A DNA stretch of 64,000 nt from Paragordius varius (taxonomy: Eukaryota > Animalia > Nematomorpha): positions 1,612,001-1,676,000 of the forward strand of contig OZ176054.1 of the NCBI GenBank assembly GCA_964247055.1, written 5' to 3'. The notes under the pieces are model-generated. The model made no database searches, was not told the origin of the DNA, and was given only the letters and a program-made list of their open reading frames with translations. Shown here in pieces: positions 25,257 to 38,663 of the stretch (its first letter is position 1; each line of letters opens with the position of its first letter). The translations under genes were made by a program, and so were the position numbers.

Positions 25257-25607
25257 AATATTAAAACACTTTTATGATTCAACAATCAAAGCAAGGTTTT
25301 ATATAAGCTTTTGATCGCATATATATATTATGATGTCATTTAGAATAACAATGTCACATATACGAAGAATAACCCTAATTAAACAACTAGTCTTGCTGGT
25401 ATTTAGGGAAAAAAGTTGTAAAATATTATAAATATGTGTGTCATATCATGCATTTATTATGTTGATTATTAGGCTGATTTATACTAAATGCAGTTCTAAC
25501 TGTATGAAATAATATATCCAATTTACAATGGTTTATAATTTAAGAGGTGGGTATTGCATTTTAGACGTATGAAGTAATGTCTTAAACTAAAATGTATTTG
25601 GCTACAA

Positions 25608-26721
25608 GTTGTTGTTGTTGTTTTTGAGCTTGTAGTCGATTATCGACCATTAGCGATTTTGTAGGAAAACTTCCTCCATTCGGTTCTGTCGTGAGCTTTT
25701 TGAGATGGTTTTTGCAGTGATAATTTGGAAAGTGATAAGATTTCGTCTACCCAGCGAATACGTCTGCGTCCTCTTCCTCTCTTACCATTAACTTTTCCTA
25801 ACCTAATATCCTTTTCCAAAGAATTGCCCCGAATAATATGTCCAAAGTAACCGAATTTTCGTTTTATTATTTTACCCCGAAGAGTTGTTTGTGCGTTAAT
25901 TTTATTTACAATATAGATGTTCTTTATTTTGTCCTTCCGTGTTATACCAAGTATTTTTCTCCAGCAAAACATTTCAAAAGCGTTTATTTTTTTTTCGTCT
26001 TCAATTTTGATAGTCCAGCTTCATCCATATAACATGATAGGAAATATTAATGCGTTTATTAGGCGGATTTTTGTTTTAAGGGTTATGTCATGAGATTTCC
26101 ATATCTTGTAGTGTGAGGCTAGAGCGCATTTGTAGCTAGTCTTCTTATTTCTTGGGAACTGGAGCTTGAGTTGTTGATGATGCTTCCAAGGTATGTGTAT
26201 TCGTTGACTACTTGAATTGTTTCGTTATTAATCCGAAGCGAGTCATAGGAATGAGGGGAGTTTATATGCAATATTTTAGTTTGTTGAGGTTTAATGTAAG
26301 ATTGTATTTTTTGCACACATTTATAAAAGTTTGGAGACTGTTTTCGAGGTTTGTTTGTGAATTTGCTAAGATAACCGTGTCGTCTGCGTAGTGGAGAGTC
26401 GTCAGAGTGTGACCCCCTATTTTTATTCCTGGCAGATTTAGATCCCTCATGATACATTCCAAATATATGTTGAACAACATGGGGGATAAAATGCAGCCTT
26501 GACGCAGACCCATGTTCACTGGACTCCAAGAGGTCGGGCCATGCGGGGTGTTAAGTGATTGTAGGAGTTGGAGTATATGGATTTAATTAGTTTAATTAAG
26601 GGATCGGAAACTCCTATTTGTTTAGGGGCCTTCCAGAGAATGTCATGTTGAACGGTATCGATAGGCCATACATAGATACGACATCGAACCATTTTTACTG
26701 GATACAATCAGCATTTTAGAA
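25608..26721 (-). mobile_element. RTE LINE fragment (duplicate of 451-1547)
   Basis: GLRQGCILSPMLFN, HYADD and YFGHIIRG motifs; (CAA)n tail from 25608. Confidence 0.9.
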
Positions 26722-28999
26722 TCTATATATTTATCAAAATGGAAAGTGGTGGCTTTGTTAACATCCGGAACCGGTAGACCCATTTAAATCCAAATGTCGA
26801 AAAAATATAATCATTAAAAAATGCCCCATATGCTTTGTTTTTGTGAATTAGACCCCCAGTTTGGGCCCACCCCGTGTAAAAACGGTTTTTTTGAAAACAA
26901 AAGTCTACAAAAATCGTGTCTTTAAGACAATTTTCCGGAAAACATGTTGGACCATTCGATTTCAAATATGTTTTTTTTCTTTTTTACGATTGGGCCGAAC
27001 ATAGTCAGCTCGACTTTTAATTTTAGGCCCTCTTTTTACCCGCTCCACCCGTATAATGCCGTTTTTAAAGTCTACAAAAAAATTTTTTAATCTATTTTTG
27101 GCCTAAGGTATGAGACCGTAAAAATTCAATGTTCCAAGTATTCCCTGTTAAATGGCAAAAATTTAAGTTGTGCGTTTTTTATATTGCCTGCTGGGAAAAC
27201 AAATACTCGCTAAAAACTGCCCCGTCATATCGATATAGCGTGCCTTTAGGGCTGAATTACAGAAAACCTATCAGGCAATATGAGTGCAATAGGTTCTTCA
27301 AATATTACCCGTAACAAGGAAAAAATTTAGGTCGTACGGTTTTTTAAAATTAGCCGTTAATTAGGCCTTTCATGCCCAGAAAAATGCGCTACTATAGTAT
27401 GATTTTTTATTATGAGACAATTGTTCCAACAACTAATAAGAGCATATGGAATCAATCATGATCCCAGAGTCAATATTTTAATCAAGCTTTTATTGTATCA
27501 GCCTCTGGCAAGAAAGCTACCCGCCTAAAACTGCGCCTCTATATAGCAATTGCGTTGTTTAGAAGTAGATTTTAAGAATACTTATCAGGCCACATAAGTT
27601 TAATAAGGGCCGAAATTTTTCCCTAAAAAGGCAAAATTTAAGTCGAGCGGTTTTTTTAAATTAGCGCTTAAATAGGCCCTTTACGCCCTTAAAAATGCGC
27701 TATCATTGAACTAATATTTAGTTTAAGCCTATCTTCCAAAAACTATTAAGAACATATTGAATAAATGATGATTCCACGCGTATAAAGGCAAAATTATTAT
27801 CGAAGTACATTTTATATTGGCCTCAACCATATCGATACAGCGTGACTTTGGAGCCAAATTTCAGAAAACCTATGAGACTATGTAAGTTCAATAAGGGCCT
27901 AAAATATTTTACCCCTTAAAAAACAAATATTTTAGTAGAGTGGTGTTATTTTAAATAGGCCCTTTCCCTGGAAAATGCGCCACCATAGAATGACTTTTTG
28001 GTTTTGATCAATTTTCCGAAAATCCCATGAGAGCATACGAAATCGATAATGATTCTAGGTATTACCCCAAGGCAAAAATTTTAATCGAGCGTTTTTGTTT
28101 CGCCTCTGGTTGGGGGGATATCCGCGTAAAACTGCGTCATACAGCAGCCTTTGGAGCCATTTTTCAGAAAACTTAAGAGACTAATAAAAACATATGTATC
28201 CATGATAATTCCAGATATTCCCCATATAAAGGCAAAAATTTTGCCCAATGCTTTTTTTAGAACTGCCTTTGGTAGCTGCGCGACTATATAGAAAAACATT
28301 GTTTTGGAGCTATTTTACAGAAAATTTAAGAAGTCAGATGAACTCATTAAAAGCTTAAAATATTACCCGTTACTAGATAAAAATTAAGATTGAGCTTATT
28401 AGCCGTTAATTTGGGGCCTTTATGCTCGTAAACACACGCCATCATATAAAGATTATTTAGTGTTGAGGTATTTTTTCGAATAGCCCATGGTATCAAAGAT
28501 GATTCAAATATTTGCCCTAAGGAAAACAATTTAACTCAGCCATATAAGTGTATAGGGGACTACCGGTTTAGAACTGAGCCACCATATAAAAATGGCGTGG
28601 ATTTGGAGCTAATTTTTAAAAACCTAATCAGTTAAACACATTTCTGGGGAATTTGTATAATATCATTCTTTCCTTTAAAAAGGGATCACAAATGATTTAC
28701 TTTTATATCCCTTGATCCCAGCTATGTGAAAAGTTTCAAAATAAAACTTTTAACCATGATTTCGTAAAAGGAAAATCTCAAAATAAACCAATGATAGTTG
28801 AATATTAACATTAAATAACAGTTTAAATATGGTCAATTTCAGTAACCAATATATCCTATGCAAAAACCCTAAAAGAATAATTAAAGACATACTTTTAATG
28901 TTTTTTATTATTTTTTTATATTTCCTCAATTTATAGCAAATTATTAATAATAATTATCCGTGAGACCATGTCACAGCGAAGCGTATCAGGGCCCGCTAG
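26722..28999 (+). mobile_element. Non-autonomous Helitron-like element, copy 2
   Basis: A|TCTATATATTTATC start, GCGAAGC hairpin, CCCGCTAG|T end. Confidence 0.8.
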
Positions 29000-31900
29000 T
29001 AAAAAATAAAATATTGAATAACACAGAAAGCAACACTAAATATAAAATCAAAATTGACCAATATAAATAAAATTCTCCCAAATATCAGTATATTTAATCA
29101 ATTATTATGTATGGAACTAAAGCATTGATCCATTATCATATTAATGGGCATATAGGATAATCGATTGATATTGGGGATCCGAGTAATATAAATGTTGACT
29201 GGTTCAAGTAAAATTTCCTTGTAGTTTTAGAATAAAGATATAAATGGTTTTGACATATTTGACACATGCCGAAAATTATTCATACTTTGTGATTCCACAA
29301 TCTAAGCCGATTTAAGTAAAATTCGAGCTATGGCTATACGGAGTACCATTCTTTTCCATCCAACACGGTTTATTAATGGTTAAATTGAATACTCTATTCA
29401 TTTAATTTATCGTTAGTTAGGCATGAATGGGAACTTTGAGAGTTTGATGTGCATCCATATTGACAAAATATTCTAACTTCATACCGTTAATTTTGTTATG
29501 GCACCCATGTGTTTAAAGTTGATGCATATTATCTTTCTAGTTAATGCCTAAAATCATACGCCAACCAACCCCAGATTTAATAAGTTTTAATATAAGTGTC
29601 CATGCTTCGCAGCTTAAAGAACGTAAGGAAACATTTACAAAATTGAATGGTTATTCCATATTTAATCGAGATTGAGAGCTCCGATTTTTGGACATTAGTA
29701 TTGTAACTTTATGGGCTTTAATGCTTTTTCTATTTTTTACCTTTTTTTGTATACAAGAAAATAATGGGCCAACTTATCTTGATTCTATAGGGCCATCATG
29801 GGTATATGATATTCCCATGGTAAAGACTTAATCTTTTTATAATCAACATCAATAGTTTAATATCCTTTAATGCATTAGATGCAATCCACGGATTCTTGCC
29901 AAGAATTGGAGTCAATTCTTAAAAGTCTTGAATTACCTTCATTAAGTGTAGTCAGTAAAATGATCATATCGTTACTCATTATTATTTGACAAAATAGTAC
30001 CTAGCGAATCTTATGCAGTTAATTAAACCATTTTTATACTATTTTATTTTGGGAATTTAACATTCTTCCGATGTTTCCGCATAAGATTGTAAGGTTATAG
30101 TCTTGTACAATAAATTACCCAATCTGCTCGAACAGATATGTTCAGAGGCATAAGAATGACAGAAGAGGTGTTTTTATAATATTTAATGTTTTTTGCTATA
30201 TTTACATTTACTTTAAAATATAATGAAATACAGTTCAAAAATTTAATCAAAACAGAATTTAATAAAGATTGTTTTGTCTTTTAAAAGATTAAAATTTATC
30301 TTGAGCTAACAACCAAATTTTTAATTTTAATCTTTTACCTTGGTCATATGAGTAATTGCCATAGAATAAGTATTTTAAAATGGCTTGTGAGATAACGAAA
30401 TCACAGAAAATAAGTATATATAGTGCGCACAAAAAGTACCTATTCGAGAAAATGTATTAGGATTCTCAATTTTTGGTTTTAGAAGATGCATTTAAGGAAG
30501 TTGTTTCTTTTTTTGTGGCAAATGCTTCATATAAGTCGGAATAGCGCACAAAATTTATATAATTATTAGTAAAAGTTTAAATTTATAAAAATAGTTCGTT
30601 ATTAATTATAAAAATTATTAAATAATAGCACTTAATTACTATTTTCGTACATTATATTTTGGGGTATCAGATCTTATACTTGTAAATACACACTTCAAAA
30701 AGTTTTAAGTTAATACTTTATTATCAACTATTGTTCTCTTATATTTAATAAAAAACTTATATTTTTTACAGTTTATTAACTTAAAGTCAAAAAATTGGAA
30801 GAGCCTAAAAACTTGAATATAACAGCAGATTTAAATCGATAGATATCAAATGTTTGCTAGTTAGATAAACTGAAAACTTTGCAAAGAAAATTATTTTTTT
30901 GAACGCATTATTTACCCTGTTGTATTAGCGTTTTATAAATTTGGAGATAAAAATGGCGGCAGTTTGAAATGAATATTTTTCACAAATTTAAATTCATAAA
31001 AAATTGAATCACGCGCCCAAAAAGATATCAATAATGCTCTTAACCATTATCTTTGATATTTACACCTCCGAATGAAGAGATCATACCACCCCTCAGCTTT
31101 ATATATAAAAAATGCGAAAATTTAAGGATGGTGTCTAAAAGTAAAAGCGCGGAGGACTATTGTCCTCTAAGAAATGAAGCGGGTAAAATGCTTAGGACCA
31201 GCGTTAACTAAAAAAATCCGCGGATAATAACACACAAAGTAAAATTTTAATTTCCGCCTTCGAAAACATATCTGGAACGAGCAAAAATCAATTATAGTAA
31301 AGAATACCATAACACATCGCACATCGGAGCTAATAGATCCGGTAAAATATATTTAATTATTAAAATTCGTATTACGTCGTGAATAATGAAGGAAATAAAA
31401 ATAAATTTATTAAAGACTCAAATTTTCGCCCAATGACATCATTAGGGGTTGTTAAAAGAAAAAACTCAAAATAAAGGACAACAAAGAAATAAATAGAATG
31501 AAATTAAATGTGTGACAAATCAATAATTATAAATTGATATAATAGACAAAGGAAAGTAATACTAAAGACCGTTATATAACATATAATAAAAATAATATTT
31601 TTTAATGATATAAATGATGTGCTGTTACAGTTTGGACCCGTCAAAAATGGGCAATTTCTCTAAAAATAAGGCTGAGATTGATAATTTTATCAAAAGTATT
31701 TTTCCGAAAAAATATTAATTCACTTATAATTGTAATAGCCTAATTATTGAGCATTTGGTACTAAGGTTTTCTCGTTATTAAGCGTTTAATGCTATTTCCC
31801 TAAAGTTTAATTGTTAAAGGATAAAAATTATATTAGGTTACCAGCTATCAATTTGTTAACAATATTTGATTAAAATTTTGCATTTTCATTAACTTCTCTT

Positions 31901-32556
31901 TAAATCATACATCAACATGGGTATATTATATTCTTGATTTAAGTATTTAACATTACAATATGACTTTAATGCCAAAGAAATTATAGGTATGGTTTCCCTC
32001 TTTGTTCGCTTTATATGGTATAAGGGGAATCTGATTTATTAAAAAGTGTGACTTAATGAATTGTGATGCGTGTGCTCTATAAAATCACCTCTAAATTAGA
32101 TTTCGATCCTATTTGACCATCAGTAAGAGAACTTTTATTATTCCTCCTTTAGCGTTTAAATATTCTTTAACCAATTTCCTATTTTTTGGAGATACTATTG
32201 TATATATCTATGAAAAGTTATTTACAAAATTTCAAGTATTCCCACATTTATTTGTTACAAGGCCTAACTTCACAAACTTGATTTTTTGTGGACTAAAAAA
32301 GCGTTATTATCGCCACTCTAATATAATTATTATATTTATCTATGCCACCATTTTCTGAAAATTTAAGCATAGGCTCTCCTCATGTATACCTAATTTATCT
32401 GATGTCAAAAAACTAACGTTATTATTGGCATCCTTTTTAATATATCTATTTTAGGAAAGGCTCCTACATCAGACTATCAATCATTTGATCAATCTACTGA
32501 TACACTAACTTTTTTAATATAAATTGCAAAAATAATATACTTTAAAAGGAGAGAAT

Positions 32557-35500
32557 TTATTTGGAGGGCACATTAAATAAATATGGAATTATATAGTCAC
32601 AATCATGTATTTTCAAATAATTAACAAATTTACTCATATCCGCGTGAAAATGATTGTGCTTATTTATAACATTAGTCGATGATTTATTTATTTTATCATT
32701 ATTTTGTTCTAGCTTTTCGTCATCAATATGATTGAAATTGAGATCAACAAATTCACAAAATTTGTCATATTTATCCCTATTGTTAGCGGGGGAAAAATCT
32801 TCTCGATGTTTAATGCCAATTTTTTGCCATGTCATCCCTTTGATAAGATTCCAAAATGAATCACAATCCGTTTGATTACCTTCGACACAGATAAATCCAG
32901 GCTTTCCAGGCACTACAAAACCATTTAATTTGAGTCGCTTAGCTTCACACAAAATGGTTTTTCGTTTGTTAGGGTTATATATGTGATGAGATACAATCCA
33001 TATACGAGAAAAATTATCCGAAAATATCTCTTTCTTTGTAGAGTTTGATTTAGTATTGGGGTTGTTATTATCTAATGGTAAAATAAATAGAAGGTTTAAA
33101 ATTTGGCATTATTAAACAAAAAAAATTGTTTAGAGGCGTCGTGCTAGCGTTCATGGGACCTTCTTAAGTGTGAAGTAAATATAATTATTAATAAATTTTG
33201 ACACTAGATATCAAGAGTTTTATTAAATAATATATCATATATTAACGCAATCAAATCCTTTAGTGTATTAAAAAGAGTGTAGTAGACCCCCGTGGATACT
33301 GTCAATAGAATACATACCCTGTTGCACTTTCATACACCAATGAATAATGTGTCAGTGATATCCGCCTAGTCGCGTTGGGGGTTGGGTTTACGTCTAGGGA
33401 TATAATATTACGTTGTGCAAGACATGTATTATCATTGTTTACGATTGTAAAGAGGAAATAATTGGGTAACAGTAAGTTAGTTAACTGTCCCAGGTAATAT
33501 GTTAGCCAACACAAGAGATATGTAGAGTTAGCCTATTGTATATGCTATGCCCCATTATGTATACAATACCTGTGAATGATGGCAATTAGTTATTCATTCT
33601 ACAAATAGACATGAGTGATTATTCATCCTGTTAGCGAACTGGCAAGCTATCGATATTCGTGATCATAGGGGGTTGTCCTGATTCTTTGCTGGCCGCCCTC
33701 TTCTGGCTTAACGTCTTGGCGGGAAAGTCCGCGCTCCAAGCGACGGAGGCGCTTTCACTCTTTTTGCCTTTATAGATCACGATTTCCTTTTCAATAGTTT
33801 CTTTCGCGATATTTTACCACGGCTCGGGCATTTCCAGGCCCCACACTTACAACTGCGTAAATGAATATATCATCAATATTAGTCCCATGCGATTCATAAA
33901 CAACAGAATTCTCCTATACCATGAGAGCGTTTGTATTTCCAGTGTGCATTGCCCAACTTCCATTCTAGTGCTTTACGCAGTCGTCTCCTGCAGCTATGAT
34001 GGAGTTGATGTGTCATTATGGCCAGCTAGAAGGATGTCCACAAGAATCAAGGCTTTTTATGGAGGTAGAAGGTGGGTGGGCAGTTGTGAGTTCTTTGGAG
34101 GCGTTAAGATATCGCAAGTAATGCATTATTGGCATTTACATAAGAAAACACCTGGTTTGTATTTTGTGTGTATTGCGCCGTACCGAGACTATCCGTGTGT
34201 ATGCTGGGACAGTGCAACTTTATTGGATTGCCAGAGGCCTTCAGCTCTGTAAAAGATTAGGTTGACCATGCCTAATCTATTAGCGCAACATTCAACAAAA
34301 CCGTGATTGTCAATATAGATACCGAGACATCGGCAGTTACTAATACATCGATGTTGCTATTATTTAGGGATAATTTTAGTCTGCTGTACCCATCACGGGC
34401 CATGGTATTTTATTGATAGGTTGATTTTAAATAGTTCCTAGTGTAAAGTGTTTAGCGCTGATAGTTATGATTCCTCTGCAATTTCTGTTAGCTATATAAT
34501 AAAATTTTTGAATTTCTCATCAATATTTAACGTGTGTAATATGATCTCTGTTTATCAGATCGAAGTTTTTGATTGCGTAAAGATCATCCGCATAACATTG
34601 GATGTAGGAGAAACTTAACAAAAAATGTGTATACCATGTTCATTATTTTATTCATTCCCATGTTAAACAATTTAGAGGACAGCGGGCATCCCTGCTTAAG
34701 GCTGCTCTTGGATTGGATATAGCCGGATTTAGCGTTTTCTAATCTAATGAGTCGCGCGCGTAATACATTAAAAAAGTAGGAGCATATCTTCGTCGATATC
34801 AAAAAGACTTTTAACATGATAAACAGAGATCATATAGTAAGCCTGCTAAACACGTTAAATATAAATGAGAACTTCAATTATGTAAAAATAAACCTAATTG
34901 TATAGAAATCATAACTATCAGCGCTAAACACTTTACACTACTTAAAATTAATCTATCAATAAACTTCACCAAAACGCAATGGTTACGGAAGACTACACCA
35001 GATCAAAATTCCACATAATAATGTCGGGGCATCGCGAATGATAATGAGGGTTGTGTCGTGTTGTCGAAATTCCATATAATCAATGTTTACTATAGTTGTT
35101 TAGAAATAAACTGATCTATAACTGTTCGTATCGATTTTAATAATTATACTTTGCATAAATGTTGAAAAATAATTGGTAATATATTTGATGTGTCCTGTTA
35201 CATTTAATTTTGATTTTTCATAAAAATGGTAAAGCAGTTTTATAACTTTTCTTGATAGCTTAAATTTTTCTCTTGTTTATTTACATTTATATATTGAATA
35301 TTTTAGCTAAATATATATCTTTTTATATAAATGATATTATTATGTAAAATCTACCTATAAAACCTTATATAGTCGCTCGTATCCATTCAACTATTTCAAT
35401 AATATTAAATGTCTCTTCATTGTAATCAAGTAGTTTGTCAGCAATACTTTTGTTAAATTCAGCGATATTGCTTTTTGATAAATCGGAAGAAATTATAACT

Positions 35501-35699
35501 ACCTTTGGGCGACATTCTGTCAAAGTATGTTTGATTATTATTTCAAATGCAACCTAAGATATTAATATATTAGTTACATTATCATCAAACTTAAGACTAT
35601 ATTCCAAAGGATAATTTTCGTAGATAGTTATATTCTCTGGATAAATTATACTAATTAATTCCGATTGATTTTGCTGATAAGTTCATTTTCATCTTCCAT
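32557..35699 (-). CDS. RWDD2: RWD domain-containing protein 2-like (RWD + DUF1115-type C-terminal region); the 5' exons carry frame problems
   Basis: Last exon 33071-32557 has FSRIWIVSHHIYN...PGKPGFICVEG...FW...WQKI, typical of RWDD2A/B. RWD-like segments at 35673-35578 (QSELISIIYP) and 35553-35355 (IIEIVEWI). There is an in-frame TAA at 35365-35367, and the ATG at 35699 is 1 nt out of frame. Confidence 0.75.
34409..34964. mobile_element. ~150-bp inverted repeats enclosing a reverse-transcriptase fragment (non-LTR relic or MITE-like capture)
   Basis: Arms ~34409-34558 and ~34818-34964 share TAGTGTAAAGTGTTTAGCGCTGATAGTTATGATT and ATATGATCTCTGTTTATCA. Minus strand 34641-34778 encodes SGYIQSKSSLKQGCPLSSKLFNMGM (RT QGCPLSP-like motif). 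No TSD found. Confidence 0.55.
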
Positions 35700-35768
35700 A
35701 AAATTTACATTTCTCGATACTTACGTTGTAGCGAATGAACACGATTTACCTTGATTAAAGGTGTTAAA

Positions 35769-38663
35769 ATGTTGAAACAGGCATGGTTTTTATCATTGTT
35801 ATTTTTATATATGGAAGGATCACATAAGGGTATAATATTAATAAAAGCATAGTTATCGCCTTAAAGTGCTATCAATGTTCTTCCAAAGATTCTCCATATG
35901 CCTTGACCTTAGATGATAAATGTGGCGCTACCCAAAAAATGGATAGAAATGTCCCACTTATAGATTGCAACAGTAACGATGCTGGATCTCCTGGCCAATT
36001 TTGTTATTTTAAAAAGACATCGGCACCTGGAAGTTATTAGCATTTGTTTATTAATTTATATATATATACGATACGGTTTAAGACATTATATATTGCTAAA
36101 TTTTATTTATAATGCCAGATAAAACAACTTTATTGGAAAAAAATACACATTATATGCAAAAATCATATTTTTTTATACTAAATGCTATCTGGTAGAGTAA
36201 TAATGTTATATATATATATATATTCACACTGTAAATATGTCAAACATAATAATTTGGATTTTTATCTCACAACACTTCATAATTATCCGATACAATCTAT
36301 TACCACTTCAGAAAAATTTTGATAAAGATTGTGTGAAAAAAATAGACATTTTTAAGATGGAAGAGGATTTATCCACATATAAAATTATATTCGAATTATC
36401 ATGAGAGAGCGGTGTGGTCATAAGTTCTGTATTTTAGTACAAAAAATTGATTTACTTAATAATATTTTCAAAATATCGTCCATTGTCTTTCACACATTTA
36501 GCCCATCTCTCATGTAATATATCAACATGCAAAAATTGATTCTCTTTTCGACAAACTAATCGTTCAAGCTATAACGTCTTCGAAATTATTTGAGTGTTGC
36601 TTGATGCGCAAAGGTAATAGTATGGCGCTAGGTCCCGAATGTACAACGGATGCAGAAGAATTCCATGAAACGATTTAAGCTGCCTTTCACTGGATTTGCT
36701 CTCTAATACGAAACATTGATGTAGCAAAAATCATTTTACCATGTTTTCTGGTTCATTCCGGCTGTTTTTTGATTAATACATGCATGGTTTTCGTTAGATA
36801 TTTGTTAGCAAACGTGTTGTCGTCTATTAACAAATTGACGGCACTTTAAAAGTTTATTTTCTACGGCCAAAGTGATTTGGCTTTATTGTGAATGGAAGGG
36901 CTTCCCAAGATGCAAGTCACTATTTTTCCGCTTTGGATTCACAAAATAGAGCCATTAATTATTTGTCCCAATTCGATGCACGGATAATTTCTTTTTGTGA
37001 CATTGAGACTGGATTTCACAAGTTATTTTTCGATTTTTAATTTGACGTTCAATCAAATTTTGTCGGACTCACTCAATATATAGTTTATTGGGTTTTCCCA
37101 TTGTTCATAGACGTTCGGCTAATTATTTTTTGTGATACATTTGCTGCCAATACCTGACTGATTTTAATTTGGGCCATTATTCAATAACTCTTGATCGTAT
37201 TCGCAGTTATGTGGTGTATTAGAGCTCTATCACCCTTTCATATTGAAATCACAAGTGAATGTTCGTGTATCACACAATTCAATCCATAGAGCACGTTTGC
37301 CATATGTTTCTACCAGCATACCAAACGATGACTTTTAACAACCTTTTTCTTCTGATGATATATAAAAGCAATGCGTGCAGCTAATTTTCCTTTTTAGGCA
37401 CAAAATTCGACGTGAATACTATTTGGCTGGGATGTTCGTAGCTTAATATCAAATGAATCAAATGGAGTCTTTATCAAAATTTTCTTTTAGCTCGCTCGTT
37501 TTTTGAAATATTGGGAAAGAGCAAAAATTAATGAACAATAAAAAAACAAATTTTTAGATATTTACTCTTGATGAATGACTTGGAAAGGCATCAGTTTATA
37601 TAGTTTATTAATAATGAAATAACCGCAAAATCAATTGATAATAAAACCTATTTAATATAATCTAGTATACTTTTACTAATAATCTAACTCTTTGAACACA
37701 AATATGGAAAGACCAGTAAGCTATAATTATTTTTATATTTTGAAATATATTATGTTGCCATATGAAATATATTTATTTTTTGTTTGTCAATCTGATGACA
37801 TTTTATCGGTGTTTTTATTAGTATTGACATTTAAATAGTTTGATTATCACTAAAAACCTAAATATAAAACCATTCTTTTTGCGGCAATGCTCCTAATTAG
37901 AAGCTATTTTGTGAATGTTATAACTTATATTTCATGCTAAAGTTAGTTTTAAAAAAAGTGCCATATTTGTGATATTTCTTTGATGATGCAATCATTAATT
38001 TAAGGGGAGGATAGTATACCATTTACAGTTCAAATTCACCCTTGAACAATTCAAAATTACCCTTAAACAATCTAAATTCACCCTTGAACAATTCAAATTC
38101 ATCTTTGAACAATTCAAATCGCTAAAAATAAATTATGTATTTTTGAACTAATATAACTCATTATAATATGAAATATATGTTTATGTTATAGTTTATTATT
38201 TTTTCAGTATTATTTTAATTTAAAACAAAATTTTTATTTTTAAAAAATATATAAAAATATTGGTAATTTTTAATCTTAAAAAAACATATATTTTATTTGA
38301 GGGTGAATTTGAATTGTTCGAGGGTGAATTTGAATTGTTCAAAGGTGAATTTGAATTGTTTAAGGGTGAAACTGAATTGTAAATGGTATATATATAAAGA
38401 TTATTATTTTTATGAATTTTTTTTATCTTTTTTTAGTTGATGGATGGAAAGCGATTGAACGCGGGTGCCGATCTATTCCGGAATATGGTCCCAACACGTG
38501 TCGAACCGAATTAACTGCCGAGGGAACCCAAATCGAATTTTGTTCATGTATGAGTGATGCCTGCAATTTCGCGACAAAATCATTCAAAACATTATCACAC
38601 AATCATTGTTACCTAATTTTATTTTTCATTGTAATTTATGGTTTAGCCTTAATATTGGCATAA
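35769..38663 (+). CDS. Ly6/uPAR three-finger, quiver/sleepless-like GPI-anchored protein (~155 aa)
   Basis: Exons 35769-35829 (signal peptide; needs a 23-nt intron), 35853-36032 and 38437-38663. Ten Cys from LKCYQC to CSCMSDACN, followed by a hydrophobic GPI-type tail. The exon 2 donor (GTTATT) is weak. Confidence 0.8.
38017..38388. mobile_element. TA-flanked MITE with TACCATTT termini and 21-bp subterminal arrays
   Basis: TA|TACCATTTACAGTTC ... GAATTGTAAATGGTA|TA; about 4 units of AATTCAAATTCACCCTTGAAC per arm in inverted orientation. Confidence 0.85.

Larger units (their letters stand above)
25149..30412. repeat. Segmental duplication, copy B
   Basis: Colinear with 1-6410 but lacks the 1135-bp CACTA insertion. 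Confidence 0.95.

Noticed and set aside
22855-35556. Non-standard genetic code (TAA/TAG read as Gln), suggested by in-frame stops in the kinase and RWDD2
   Set aside because: TAA terminates the bHLH, GPCR and Ly6 frames at sensible C-termini; isolated CAR-to-TAR mutations, short introns or errors are simpler explanations.
36540-37520. GC-richer stretch in the Ly6 intron, possibly a decayed transposase on the minus strand
   Set aside because: All frames examined are riddled with stops and I could not identify a diagnostic motif; BLASTX is needed.
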